NCBI GenBank assembly: GCA_039621445.1
Contig: CP154954.1
Coordinates: 14,302,387-14,366,386, forward strand
DNA from: Euglena gracilis
Taxonomy: Eukaryota
Length of the DNA: 64,000 nucleotides
Direction of reading: 5' to 3'
Positions 1-12,454 of the stretch are shown piece after piece. The first letter of the stretch is position 1. Every line of letters starts with the position of its first letter. Position numbers and translations under genes: made by a program. Under the pieces are notes generated by a model. It worked only from the letters and a program-made list of their open reading frames with translations, was not told where the DNA came from and ran no database searches.

Positions 1-1449
1 GGCTGTGGACCCCACAGGGGGCCACCGACCACCCAGTGAAGCCAGGCGTACCAACATTTTTGAAAAAAGGGTGAAAAATAGCCCACAAAATCCCAAAATG
101 GCATTTTTTTTGCGGGTTTGGGGTTTTCGGCTGCAAATTTTAGTGAAAAAAAATGCCAACCCAGTTGTATTTGGGCTGCTTTTGGGGTACCAGTTGCTGG
201 GGCTGGACCCCATTGAATTTCCCCCTCCAGGGGAACAAACCAGCACCTCATTTCCCAGTTGTCCAGAGGACCCCAGGGGAAGGTCCGTAAATCCTGAAGC
301 TATGACTGACAACCGCAGGCAAAATACATGCCCCGAATGCTAAATTTGTCTTGCCAACCTTGCAACAAAATGGACAGTGACAGCAGCTCAAGTCCTTCCC
401 ACCGCCGGTAACAACAGCCACCCCCCCTTCATATGACCAATGTTTTGCAATCAACGACCAGGGGTGGGTTGAACGACATGGGGGAGACCTGGGGGGGGGG
501 GATGAGGCGCAAGTGTTGAATATACCTCTGTCAACGGAACACACGATAGAATTGAAACTATGAAAAACCAAACACACCCATCTCAGTGTGGTTTTTCCAC
601 CCATCGTTGAAAATATAAAGATATTGAACAAAATGACACAAAGAGCAAACAATGGTTGTGGGGCAGCAAGGAAAAAAAACCTTTAATTTAGGGCTGCCTA
701 AGAACACCTTTGAATTTCCAATGAAAATATATGAATATTTATGCGAGCACGCACACACATAGAGAGAGAGAGAGAGAGGGAGGGAATTTTTCGAATAAGA
801 GACACAATCATTGTGGGATAAATCATTTAGTGAGGGTATATATATTCTGCGTGGTACAGACTGTCCAAAACGAGCTCACAGGAATTGAAAAAAGAGAGGA
901 GGGAGAGAGAGGGAGAGGGTCATGGGGTGAAGCCTCTTACCTCCCTGGTGAGTTCAAAGCTCCCCATAAATTGCCTTGCAAGTGACCCTTTGCAACATTT
1001 TGGGTGAAGGTGGTCGGGCTGATGGGCGAACCAAGACCCCAGCAGCGGCGATGGCGGCCATGGACAAAAACATGCCAAAGGCGTGACCACCTTCATGACA
1101 AAAGAGAGAGTGTGCAGCCACCAACGCCCACTTCCGGGGCTGGACACTGGGGCAGTGGCCGCCTTGCTCAGGGGAACGCAGGGACTGGCATGGGCGCGCA
1201 CAGTTTCCCATGCCAGTCCAATGCCTAATCAAAGCAGTAATCAGCACCACCAGGCCCAGAGGGCACGGCTGCAGTTGGGGGCAGCGAGTCTGCATCAAAA
1301 TGGCACGATGGACAGCACCTGGCCAGAGAGGCACTATCTGGCACACTGTACTGTGCTGGCCATCGGCACCCCAGCCCCACCCGCAACAAGCACCACCGCG
1401 GCAAGAGCAGCATCATCGAAAGGCAGCAGCCCACATCACTGAAGACTGA

Positions 1450-1800
1450 AGGATGTATATACAATGCCATACAAAATGGGAGCGGGTGGTGCACACCACC
1501 ATCCACAACCGCGAGGAGGAGTACCCCGACCACATCGTCCGCTGCCCCCTGGCCACCGACGCCGAGCAGCTCCCACCGAGCAGCTGGGCGGGGTCATCAT
1601 GGGCCGCCTGGAGTTCGCCCGGATGGCCTGCAGCCACATGGGGTATTTTAAGCAGTCCGTGGCCAACGTTCTCCGTAATGCGATCTGGCGGCGGGGGTAT
1701 TCACGCCGCCTTGTGCAGTCCGTGTGGAGCTGCTTCCTCTTTTAGCGATGGAACGTCACCGAGATCGTGAGCTTCGCAGCTGGTTCTCCAAGGAAATGGC
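1450..1800 (+). mobile_element. Penelope-like element (PLE) reverse transcriptase C-terminal/thumb fragment, frameshifted
   Basis: Two overlapping frames join to give GMYIQ..HTTIHNREEEYPDHIVRCP../..EQLGGVIMGRLEFARMACSHMGYFKQSVANVLRNAIWRRGYSRRLV. This fits the PLE pattern T.LY.K..F...IV.FP...S..P....GV....L.R..R.CS...F......L..RGY. A short gagcagct duplication near 1564-1585 explains the frameshift. Confidence 0.7.
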
Positions 1801-1829
1801 CCCAATCGCACGCCCCCAGCTCCATGGAC

Positions 1830-3162
1830 CACAGCCCTCCCCATGACCTCTCCCGTGGAGCTTTCCTCACTGTCTTCAGCCACCTGACACCCTTTCCTGG
1901 GGGCATCGACGACCTGCTGGTCGAGATGACACCGCCGCCTTGCCCCACCGCGGCCTCCCATACCCGAGTCCTGGACACGGTGATCATCGTCCGGGAGTCA
2001 CACGTGCGCCATCGCAAGCGGCGCAAATGGGAGTGTCCTAATCCGTCCACTGGCCGGGGCATGGAGAGGGGGGCGCCCCAGAGGTGAGGTGTGCCCAACC
2101 TGTAAGCAGCAATGGCTTGACCCGGGGGTGATGCTGTAAGAATCCCGACCTCGGAGAGCCCGGGCGAGTCTCCATGCAACATCCAAAAGAGGGGGACGCC
2201 CCAAGCATCAGAAGCAAACGCTGGCCCACACCATTTGGGCCAGCGTGTGGCGGAATTTACGCTGTGCATTGAACTGGGGGTGACACCGCCAAGGATCTCA
2301 CCCTCGGTGAACCCAGGCGGGCCTGAGAACAGCACGGGGGACGTCTCAAGCCATAGACCAAACCACACCGTGGCGGGGTTTATGCGATCTGATCTGTGAA
2401 TCTGCGCATCAAATACGAGGGGTGGAAAGCGGGTTTGACGGACTATGAAAAAACCGGACGAGGAAGGGCCATCTGCGAGTCATGGGACCCAGACCTGCAC
2501 AACAAAATCTGGGCATCATGCGGCCCCTAGCAACGAAGCATCATCCAAGAATGGCAAGAAGCCGCCGCAGCCCATAATGCTGCCCCACGGATCTCGAGCG
2601 CCACACACATGACTGGCACGAAAGTGACTGTCATGGCTGACAACCCTGGTTCCAGGCACCACCACCAAGGGCCTCCCCCCCTCCCAAGGGCCTCAACCAC
2701 TCACGCCACGCTCCCCGAACAAGACCGAACCATGTTCAGGCGGGCGGCAGGCAGCGTGGTGCCTGTGCCCCCCAACCCTGTCCGCAGAGCAGCAAGCGAA
2801 GTGGGACATACCATGGCCCCAAGCCCCTTGGCAACTGGAGCACACGGGCCATTCCGCGGGTGTGGGGCACACTCGAGGGCCATGTGACTGCGGAGTTGCT
2901 CTCCAGGGTGCCCAAGGGGACGTGACTCACCTGTGGGTGGCCCGGGGTCGCCATCCCTTTCGGTCCATGACTAGCTCACCCACAGAGCATGCCCAGAACC
3001 AAGGAAGTCACCCACCACTGGGTGACTGCCTTGGTTCTGCCGGGCTTTGGTGGATTGAGAAGGATGGCCCGGCTGGTTCCGAAGCCGCCCAGGTCTTCGG
3101 ACCTGCCCGCTGTGTGCGGGACGGGGTGGGCATCCCCTTTACCTTTTTTTACCTTTACCTTT
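1830..3162 (+). mobile_element. Possible 5'-truncated, decayed non-LTR retrotransposon 3' part ending in a (TTTACC)n-like tail
   Basis: This is GC-rich, coding-like sequence with broken frames that ends abruptly in tttaccttttttttacctttaccttt (~3137-3162), resembling a LINE short tandem-repeat tail. I recognised no diagnostic RT or endonuclease motif. Confidence 0.3.
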
Positions 3163-3605
3163 CCGAGGCGCACGCGGCAAACAATTGAATTTTTGCAGCG
3201 GCACACCTGCGACGCACCTGAAAAGCTGCCGCGGCGCACCAACAACACACCCACGGCGCACCAATGACGTTCCCGCGGCACATGCCTTCTTTTGTTATGG
3301 CACGGGCAGGGGATAATTGGGATGGCTATGCCGTCGGTACATGCGGCGCACAGAATGAAACCTTCCGCGGCACACGCGGTCACAAAATTTCTAATGCCGC
3401 GGCGCACGCGGAGCAGAAAAAAAAGAATTTTACGCGGCGCACTAAATGAAAATTTGCTTGCCCCCCCTCTTCAGGCTTTTAGGATTTTAGCCTGTTTTGT
3501 GCATGGCCTGCCGCAACTATTAACGTGCAAACTTGGCAGTTGGTCCCCAGACTCAATTGGCAGCCCGGGCAAGACCTGCCTGGCGCCAAAATGCGCCCAA
3601 ATCCA

Positions 3606-3860
<255 letters not shown>

Positions 3861-4604
3861 CGTGGGTAACCGCGGCCACCCCACAACGGGTGGAACAGGT
3901 CCCGGGGCTTCGTCCCACGGGCACCCAGACAGCCAGAGCCTGTGAGCCTTCCTGGGACGAGCTCAAGGGACCTTCCCTGTGCTTAACCTCACTTTTTGTG
4001 GAAAAAGGAGAGGGGGGGAGAGAGAGACACTCCCAGGGGACACTGCACCATTCACCACGTGATTGTCGTAGAAGCAAACTTGGTTGTCGCACGATTCAGT
4101 GGGGCAGCCCTCGTCGGAGGGTTCTGCTGTGAAATGGGGGGGCTCCTCAAGAAGCGGGGCTATCTGTGGCGTGGCATGCAATTCGGCAATCGCATCTGTT
4201 TGGCACACACAATTGTTTGGCACACACATTTGGCATACACACACATCTGTTTGGCACACACACTGTCGTAACAAGGCTTAAGACCTGATTGAGAGATTTT
4301 CAAAAAAAACTGGTCCTTGTCTAACATTTTCTCTCCAACTATTGGCATATGCTATCACAAACAATATTGTAAATACCCAATTGTTGTATCACACATGTCA
4401 TTTTAGAAAATTTATATTCAAATCCCCGACCAAACACATTACGGTATACTCTCGGAAGAGCAAGAGAAAAACGTCATTTTTTGTGTCCTTTCAATTTCTC
4501 AACATTGATAATCCCTTCCTCTTCTTTTGCTGGACAACAACTCTGGCAATTGTGTGTTTTTCATGATAAGGCGGAGTCGGTGGCAATCGATGGAGCGGCA
4601 CGAC

Positions 4605-5204
4605 CAGGGGTTTTTAAAAAAACGGGGGGGTGAGGAAATCTCCCCCACCCACCCCCCCCCCTGGGGGTCCCGGAGGGACCCACAAAATTGACCAAAAAAT
4701 TGCGAAAAATGCCAAAAATAGAACTTCTTCAAAAATTTTCGGCGCAAAGGTGCCGAAAAGTAACCCCTCCCCAAATAATAAACCCCACCTGAGGACCGAC
4801 TTCGGCCGCCCAAATAATAAACCCCCTCCGCAGGTGTGAAAGCAAAGGGAAAGAATGAGTAAAAAATAGCAGAAATGTTGCAAAAATCAACAAAATGGAT
4901 AAAAGTGGTGTACAAATAATGCCAAAAAAAGCACCCTTTTTTCAAAAAAAAGCCCCAGAAAGCCAAAAAAGTGAAAAGTTTGGGTCCACTTTTGACTTCG
5001 AAAATTTTGCCCAAATAATAAACCCCCCCAAAAAATAACCCTGGACCCCAACTTTGAGTGTCCAAATAATAAACGGGGGGTTATTGATTGGAGGAGTTTA
5101 TGTCCCACCCCCCTCCGGGAGGACCCCCTGGGGGGGGGGGGCGGCTCGGCCGGGCCCACCCCCCCCTCCCCCCCAGGGGTCCACGACTAAAAAAAAAAAC
5201 CCTG
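4605..5204. mobile_element. Non-autonomous hAT-type element (MITE), 600 bp
   Basis: Termini are CAGGGGTTTTT / AAAAACCCTG, with a perfect 8-bp TSD GGCACGAC (4597-4604, 5205-5212). The paralogous empty site with a single GGCACGAC is visible in family B copy 2 (~27808-27833, reverse strand). Internal ccaaataataaacccc repeats are present. Confidence 0.9.
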
Positions 5205-5397
5205 GGCACGACCACCGCAGTGGCACGGGTGGCGCGGTCACGGCCGGGGTGAGCGTAGGGTTCCTGCTGAATGGACCGCTGGCGGGGCTCGAGGGAGCAG
5301 GATGTGCAAGGCGAGGCCAGGGTTACACCAGAATAACAGCCCCTTTGCCCCGACTTCGGACGCCCAAACGATTTATGCTTGTCCACATACAGGTGTT

Positions 5398-5662
<265 letters not shown>

Positions 5663-5974
5663 ACAGCGAGACAGAGGGGGAGAGAGAGAGGGAGATCCTC
5701 ATAAAAACTCTGCTACATTACAGAAGAACCCTGCACTGCAGTGGAAAATATCAGGCAGGGAATGGAGCCCGGGGCTGACGGACATGAAAAGAGATGTCGG
5801 TGGGGATGTCGTTTTGTCCTTGAAGAGCCCTTGACTTTTTGGAACAGTAAAATGGACGCGCTTTGACTGATTGGAATTCATGGAACGTTTTGCACTTTGT
5901 TGTAATCCATTTTTGCGTGGCGAAATGCTGCAAAAAAGATAAAGAAAAAACAACAAACAACGAGGCACGGTATT

Positions 5975-6165
5975 ACCCGCCCCCCCTTGTCCGGGGGGGG
6001 GGGGGTCGTAACACCCCCGTAACCTGCAACCGGTGACCGGGGGGCGGTCGTAAATGAGGGGGTGGCCGCAGGTAAAGTGGTGTTAAAATTTTCTAAATCT
6101 GCAACCTGTGACCGGGGCGTGGTTGTAAATGATGGGTGGTCGTACGACAAGAAGGGGGGGGGGCG
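5975..6165. mobile_element. MITE, same family as 22284-22495 in opposite orientation
   Basis: Shares ggtcgtaacaccccc, aacctgcaac and ggtggtcgtacgac motifs with the reverse complement of 22284-22495. Confidence 0.65.
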
Positions 6166-6899
6166 GGAAGAAACCACCCAAAAAAACGGGGGAGGTGCTC
6201 AACGGTTTTTTCGTCGCAAAAGGGAGGTGGATCAAAAAGTTGCAAAAGTGCTCGGTCACACAAACCGGGATCAAACAAACTGGGGAAAACAAAAACAGGA
6301 GAGAGTTGGTACCTTTGAAACTAAGGGCCCTGTATGGCATGAAAGATCCAAAAAATGAGGGGGAAATTAGGTCACAGACGGATTGGACTTCTTATCAGGA
6401 AAATAATAATTATGAAGTCATAAAATTGCTTTAAAGGTTGGCTTGGAGGCTTGGAGTTCCAATGATAGTAAATGCACCTTAGCAATCTGCAAAAGCCCTG
6501 CCGACTTGGATGGCCAAATGGCGGTGATGGGATTGTAAGAGCTTCAGCAGCCCCAGGCAACTGTGCACATGTGGTCCCTTGCACGGCTCCTAATAGCTGG
6601 TTTCAATTTGGTGCCCTAGCCATGGCCACATAATTGGCCGGAGGTTGAGGAGGGTATTTCAAAACAAAACAACCATGATTTAAAAACACACAATGATGTT
6701 TGTGACATTCACATCCCTTTTTTGGCCATCAGAGCTCTGGGAATTTTTGTCACACTTATATGCCATACTTTTTACACACAATACTTGAATATTCGATAAT
6801 TCAATTGCTTTGAATTTTTGATGTCTTCAGCCACATCGTACACCTGTACCCCATCCCAGGGAAATTCTAAAGCTGGACCCACCCCCTGGGATCCAGCGA

Positions 6900-8715
6900 G
6901 CCACCACCGTTTTTCAGACTTCTAATGCATAGCATACCCGTGCTCTCCATTGGAATGTCTGCACGTGCAGAAGCATTTGTCGGTGGTTTTGTCTGGCGTA
7001 TCCGATTTCCATAACTTCGAGGGGATTGTGGCAGATGTGTCCGAGGAGTCTTCGTTGTTGTTGGGCCTCCGCCCATTCTCGTTGGGCTGCACCCTTTGTG
7101 CGTTTGGGACGGTTACGACCTGGACGTACAATTCATGATTGACCATCTGTTCTGGATTTCAGACGGATGTGACACAATCATGCAGAAATACTACGAAGAG
7201 CAACACCCCTGTGTGGTTGCTCCAGAAATACACCGACATATGGTCAAACTGTACAAGGAAAAAGCACGAGGCTTTTTTTCGACGGTACAATTTCCTGCTA
7301 CGAAAGCCAGGATGGCATTCACAAATTGCCGGGATTCTGGCAATTCCTTTTCTGGCTCAGATTCCATTGCATGAACTTCGGCTCATTTGCAATCCCAGCC
7401 AGCAAAGGACACTACCTACCACATCCAAATCTATGTCTACAATACGGATGGGAATCAACCCTTGACGCACTGAAGACAATGTTCGACGATATCCGAGAAA
7501 TCGGACCACAAAGCATGCTATGGGAAGTATTCCCACTTCCACACGAAATGTTTTGATACAATTACCAAATTTTTCTGAACGAACACTACGGCCCCCATTT
7601 CCAAGTGGTCGGAATCGACCTGACATATCCACAAAAATTCGTCATTTGGGCGTCTGCGGAGTCTGGAACGCGGAGAGTACAGCGCACAAAAAGCTGTAAG
7701 GGCCGAAATGCCAGCTACAACGCCTGCTCAGGCACGACCACAAACACCATTACCAGACGCGGAACCTGACGCTCCTACAGAACTTACAATGGCCGAAGTG
7801 CCTGCAAACCCTACAAAGGCCGCAGCGCCTCTGAGAGACACGGTTCCACCCACCTCCGCACGTGGGGAAAGTGGACGAGAAGCAACTGATGAAGATATAA
7901 TCACACTACACGACGAGACTGAACAAATACAACGTGAATTTCGGCATTTACAGCGGACCCAGACGACTTCATACTCATACCACCAGAAGTCGGGCAGGCA
8001 GCAGGACGCATCCTAGGAGGCGTCCGAAGTGACTTACCTCGATAATCACAATGGTGAGATCGAGGTCTTCCTCCTCAACGTGAAATCCCCGTGACACGGG
8101 ACGTGGCGAACAACCCACACAAGAAGTTCCGGCTTCGACTGCAGAACTGGCAGCAGACGCGGCCAGCTCTACTCCTGTTGTACAAACCACTGTCCAAACA
8201 CCCGAAGTGGTGACAACGACCGAATCGACTACGGTCGAAACAACGCCACCACACGACACAACACCCGTAGTGGTACACACACACACCTGAACAGGTGGTA
8301 CCGACGGCACCTGACGTACCACCTACCACTACACCAACAAAAAACCTGCTTCAAAGTCCCCTGCAGAGCGCCCCTTTCCGCCACAGAAAGAAAAAGGAAA
8401 GAAAAAGGCAGTAAACCTAAGCCTAAACCGCAGCCTGCAGACCCATGCAAACCTGCTGAACGACACAACGAGCCAAAACCACCTGCACCTGGGAGTGGTA
8501 ACAAATCAGGAAAGCGGGCGAAGACCTCAGCTGCTACCACACCAGCGCCAACTTACACTGATGTGACCGGGAAAAGCCGGGTCACATCTACCCTTCGAGG
8601 TAGAACTCGATACAACGTCTGACACAGCGCAAGAGGAAAACATGCCCGTTGACGATAATGCCGCACTTTGGCAAAACAAACAAAAAAATATTGGCCCGGC
8701 CATTAGCCAAATAGG
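6900..8715 (+). pseudogene. Decayed intronless ORF of unknown family with a long S/T/P/E-rich low-complexity region, probably from a retroelement
   Basis: Chain of overlapping + strand ORFs (6950-7556, 7708-8016) and protein-like stretches such as EVPASTAELAADAASSTPVVQTTVQTPEVVTTTESTTVETT, broken by stops and frameshifts. Lacks the homopolymer runs of the flanking DNA. Confidence 0.4.
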
Positions 8716-9065
8716 GGGGGGGGTGAGGGTAGCGGCGTGGCTGAATTTGGTGGTGATCGCTAGTCGTCTGATGAAAAGAGCTTTCAATTGAGGTGTGACT
8801 TTGTACCTGGACGATTGACACAGCCAGATATACGCTCGCGATCGTCGGAATTTGGCAAAATTCAAAATAGCGTGATATTTCAGATCAGTGGTCAGAGATT
8901 GGTCCTGGGAGTGCCTTTTGACCAAAGGTTGGGGACGCCGGTTCTGTCCTGAACCGGCGTCTCTAAAACGCCGCTTTAAACAAAGGGGGGTCGGACGCTG
9001 GTTCTGTCCTGAACCGGCGTCCGCCCCCCCTTTTTGTGGTAAAACCGGCGTTTGGGACGCCGGGT

Positions 9066-10140
9066 TCTTAGGACCAGCTTGGGGAATGCGAGAATCGCAA
9101 AGAGGTTGGAGTCGTTTGGGGTTGTGGCGTAGTGTGTGGTCAAGTCGGCCAGAGTGTCCGATACCCCTTGCTGACATTTGGCAGGTTACATGGCGCACTG
9201 TATGAATGCGGTCTTGTAGAATGTCCTAAATGGGGCATCGAGGAGGGCCGACGATGATGGAATCCTGGATGAGACGCAGGTTGACCTCTTGACCTGCTGG
9301 GTCGATGACCGCTGCGGCGTCTCGGTGGCTGCGCCGTGTGCCAGGTCGACCATGTGGTGGTCCGCTGGTCCGGGGTTGGGTTCGATGTCTCCACAGGTCA
9401 TCAAGGAGCCTCTCCCTACGTGTCGGATTCCTGGGAGGATGCTTGAGGGGGAAGGCCTTACGATGAATCCGGCCACATTTTGGATTATTATTTGGAATGC
9501 GTCAGACCGCGCACTCCAAAGCCCCAGAAATCCACGGGGAACTTATGGTGGCAGAGGAGACGAAGCGTGTGCTGTGTTCATTGTCTGTCCCTTCTTCCAT
9601 TTCCTCACTCCGGAGGACCCAGAGGACGAAACGGACGACGAGTCTGAAGAATGTACGGGGGTATGTTCCGCAGGCATTGTAGGTGTAGATGGAGGTTGTA
9701 GCAAACGTTCTTCCGAACGTTTGGTTGCAGACTTCGCTGCTCTTTTGGCTGTTGTCGTTGTGGATGACGCAACTGTTGTGGGTTCCTGTTCAGTTGCAGA
9801 CGGCGCTGCTTCGGACTCCACCGGTTTAAGTTCAGGAAATTTTGTACGGGGTCCTAGGCGAAAGTTTTGCCATCCGATAAATTTGTTTCCTCCCGATCCA
9901 CCAGGAAGTCAGTCCAGTATCGGGATGGCTAACACATCCTTATTTGCACGTTTGCCCTTGAATAATGAGGCAAAGATCTCTCTTCGGAGGGTTTTGCCGA
10001 ACAGGCGCTTCACGTATTTCCGTTTTCCGTCTTCGTCTCATTCAGGTCGAAGAGGGAGGTATTCTTGTGGGATCGGTTGTCTTGGGTTGAACAAATTGCC
10101 AACTAACACCTGCCAGCCGGTGAGTGACAATAAAATCTCA
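9066..10140 (-). mobile_element. Decayed CRE/SLACS-like non-LTR retrotransposon ORF fragment containing a 2A motif
   Basis: One - strand frame runs about 1.07 kb with four in-frame stops (10038, 9909, 9543, 9186) and no frameshift. It ends ...PAKCQQGVSDTLADLTTHYATTPNDSNLFAILAFPKLVLR (LFAILAFPKLVLR at 9066-9104), resembling the LL.FPK.VL block upstream of the RT in CRE-clade elements. Confidence 0.55.
9366..9419 (-). other. 2A-like (StopGo / ribosomal skipping) peptide VGRGSLMTCGDIEPNPG|P
   Basis: Exact D(V/I)ExNPGP motif in ORF 9186..9476. Identical at 14 of 18 positions to T2A (EGRGSLLTCGDVEENPGP). Confidence 0.88.
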
Positions 10141-12147
10141 GCAGGACAGCTTCGTGTTTTTTTTTTGGGGTGTTTTGGTGTTTTGCAATATTTTTGTGTA
10201 CGATTTCCTGAATTTCTGGACAAAGAGGGGGTTGCTTTCAGAATTTGAAAGTAGCAAGTTTGACTGATCAGCCTGCGTCCATCAACCAATCGCCCCGCTG
10301 ACACCTAATTGTACAGCTTCCCACGCTTTCCCGTGCTTCGAGCCCAGGCTTCTGCAGTTGCGCTGAAATGCTAAATTGGTGTAAGGAGAGAATGGGGGGG
10401 CAAGCGCCTGGGGGTGGTTGGGGGAGCTCCCCTCACCATGTTCAAAAACTACGACATGTGCGCAGAATCGGCACATTACGCACGCCGGGGGGGGGGGGGG
10501 CGAAGGCGCCGGGGTGAGTGGAATCCAGACCAAAGCTCGGTGTGCTTCGGAGAAAAGAACCGAAGCCTTTTTTTTTTTTTTTCCGCAGAAGTCTCTCCCC
10601 ATTCCTTTTGGGAGTCGCTCCATGGAAGCCGTGCGGCAAGCTTGCCACCATTGAGGTGTTGAAGTGCGCAAGTCGAGCCCCGCTTCATCTTGCAGCCCGA
10701 AGCTGGTTGTTGCTGGCCCAGGGTGAGTCCCCTGGGCCCAAGAAAACGTTTGGTGGTGCTTTGCTGATTCTTTGGCACAATGCAGTCACCCTCGCCTACG
10801 CACCCAATGACCAAGCTACCTCTCTGCATTTGAGCATTGAAATGGTAACCGATACCGCTGACGTTATTGTTTGCTTCGGGGGGCACACCACTTGCAATCT
10901 GAAGTGTGCCACTGGCTGAATGACTCTCCTTCCCAGCCTGCAATAGGGTGGACTCTGGCCTGAATCGCCCCTGACCGCCTTTAATTTGCCCTCGCTCAAC
11001 CATCAAATGTGCTGATGAGCTACCGCGGGTAGGAGGTTTCGCAGGAGAATTTCCATGATTCCAGCAATGATTGTTTTGATTGTTTTGTTCTTGTTCCAAT
11101 TATCGGGAAGTCGTCAGCTGAATATGAAACAAACATTTCCGCCTGGCCATGCAAAAGATAACTGCAAGCAAAAGAGCGATAGAAAGAAAATCTCAGTAAT
11201 TCAAACAGAGCCGCCATGGATGCCTTTCAAACCGACGGGGAAAATGAAAATGTGTGTGAGTATTAAGTGTTTTCTTGAGGACCCCAAAGTTCGGCTGCCA
11301 AGGTGCTGGCTGGACCCCCTTTTTCAGCTGAAAAGTTAAGGTAATAACATCCGCCCTCAAAACACCCGCTCTTCACCGACTTTTTTATATACCAAATTTC
11401 ATTTATTTGCATCCAAAACAGATCCCCCAGCCCACCGTCGCCCTGGGGCCTCTCCCTGCCTCTCCCCCCCCCCCCCCCGTCACCCTCACTCTCCGCCTGT
11501 TTTTTGATTGCATTTGCATTTGGATCTTTTGTTTCCACCTGAGTTGGTCTGAAATGTCTGCTTGTCTTACCCTTCTCCTCCGTCCGCCATGGGGCCCACA
11601 CAGTCAGACGCCCCCCAGTCTAGTGCGGTGCCCCGAGGCGCCGTCCCCTCACTCGCCACCGCACGTGTGCCGCATTCTGCCTCGGTCGCCTCCATCCCCA
11701 GGGTGGAATGGGCAGCTGGTTTGCCCAGGCGTGGGGATGCCGTCTTCCACAACCGGACCATGGAAGCTGCGCATGGGGCAGCACCGGAGCTCCCCCAGCT
11801 TTTCACCTCGCATTTTGCTTTTTGACACCAAGATCAGGCTGTATTGTCGGGTGACGACCCCACCCGGGGGGGGGGGGTGCCTGTCTGTGCTCTCCAAGGC
11901 ACCCCAAATCTGACCTGAGTTTCGAAGGCTTTTCCAAAGTTTCCAATGCCCCCCACCGGGATCTGTGAAAACTGTAGGGGCGCCAGCAAAATTTTGTTGT
12001 GTTTCATTTTTTATATAAAAATATTTAAACCTCTCGCTTTTGGCGTCCCATGCTTTGCCGGAGCTGCCGGCCCACCCTGGCGGTCTCTTCCTCCCGCCGT
12101 TGTGCCTCTGCCACTTGGCCCCGCTCCCCTCCGGTCTGCACCGCCAG

Positions 12148-12454
12148 CAAGCTCATACAATAAAAAAGGACGAAAATGAAAAAAAAGGTTTCTTTGGTGG
12201 ATTCCGGTTGAAGTTGAAGTACTCTCAGAAAAAAGAAGCCTATTCCCAAAACCTTGCATTTGCATATGGTAACAAAAACTCTTTGAATCTTTTTAATCCC
12301 TGAGCACCAAACGTGCTTGGATGTGTTTACATGACTGATCAACTGCGTTGTTGTAATGCAGGGATTTAAAGGTAACTTTACCCCCACCGATAGGAAAAAA
12401 ATCGCCGAAAATGGCCGAAAATGGCAAAATTCTGGGGTCAACTGTAGGTGCTTG
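12148..12454 (+). mobile_element. Short non-autonomous TIR element related to 45667-46962
   Basis: Termini are CAAGCTC.TACA / TGTAGGTGCTTG, with subterminal GGCCGAAAAT repeats. The element is absent from paralogous sites at ~20640 and ~51545. No clear TSD. Confidence 0.7.

Noticed and set aside
5051-5063. ACTTTGAGTGTC, resembling a euglenid spliced-leader start
   Set aside because: It is a short, gapped match inside a MITE with no SL RNA structure.
8768-8790. CTGATGA followed by AAAG-ag-CTTT
   Set aside because: It lacks the GAAA core and flanking stems.
9289-10248. 319-aa + strand ORF
   Set aside because: It is the antisense shadow of the - strand 2A/CRE-like frame, has no recognisable domain and runs into family A sequence.
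11012-11045. CTGATGA followed by hairpin CTACC-gcg-GGTAG (also at ~13654)
   Set aside because: No GAAA follows the stem and there is no stem I or III, so it is not a hammerhead.
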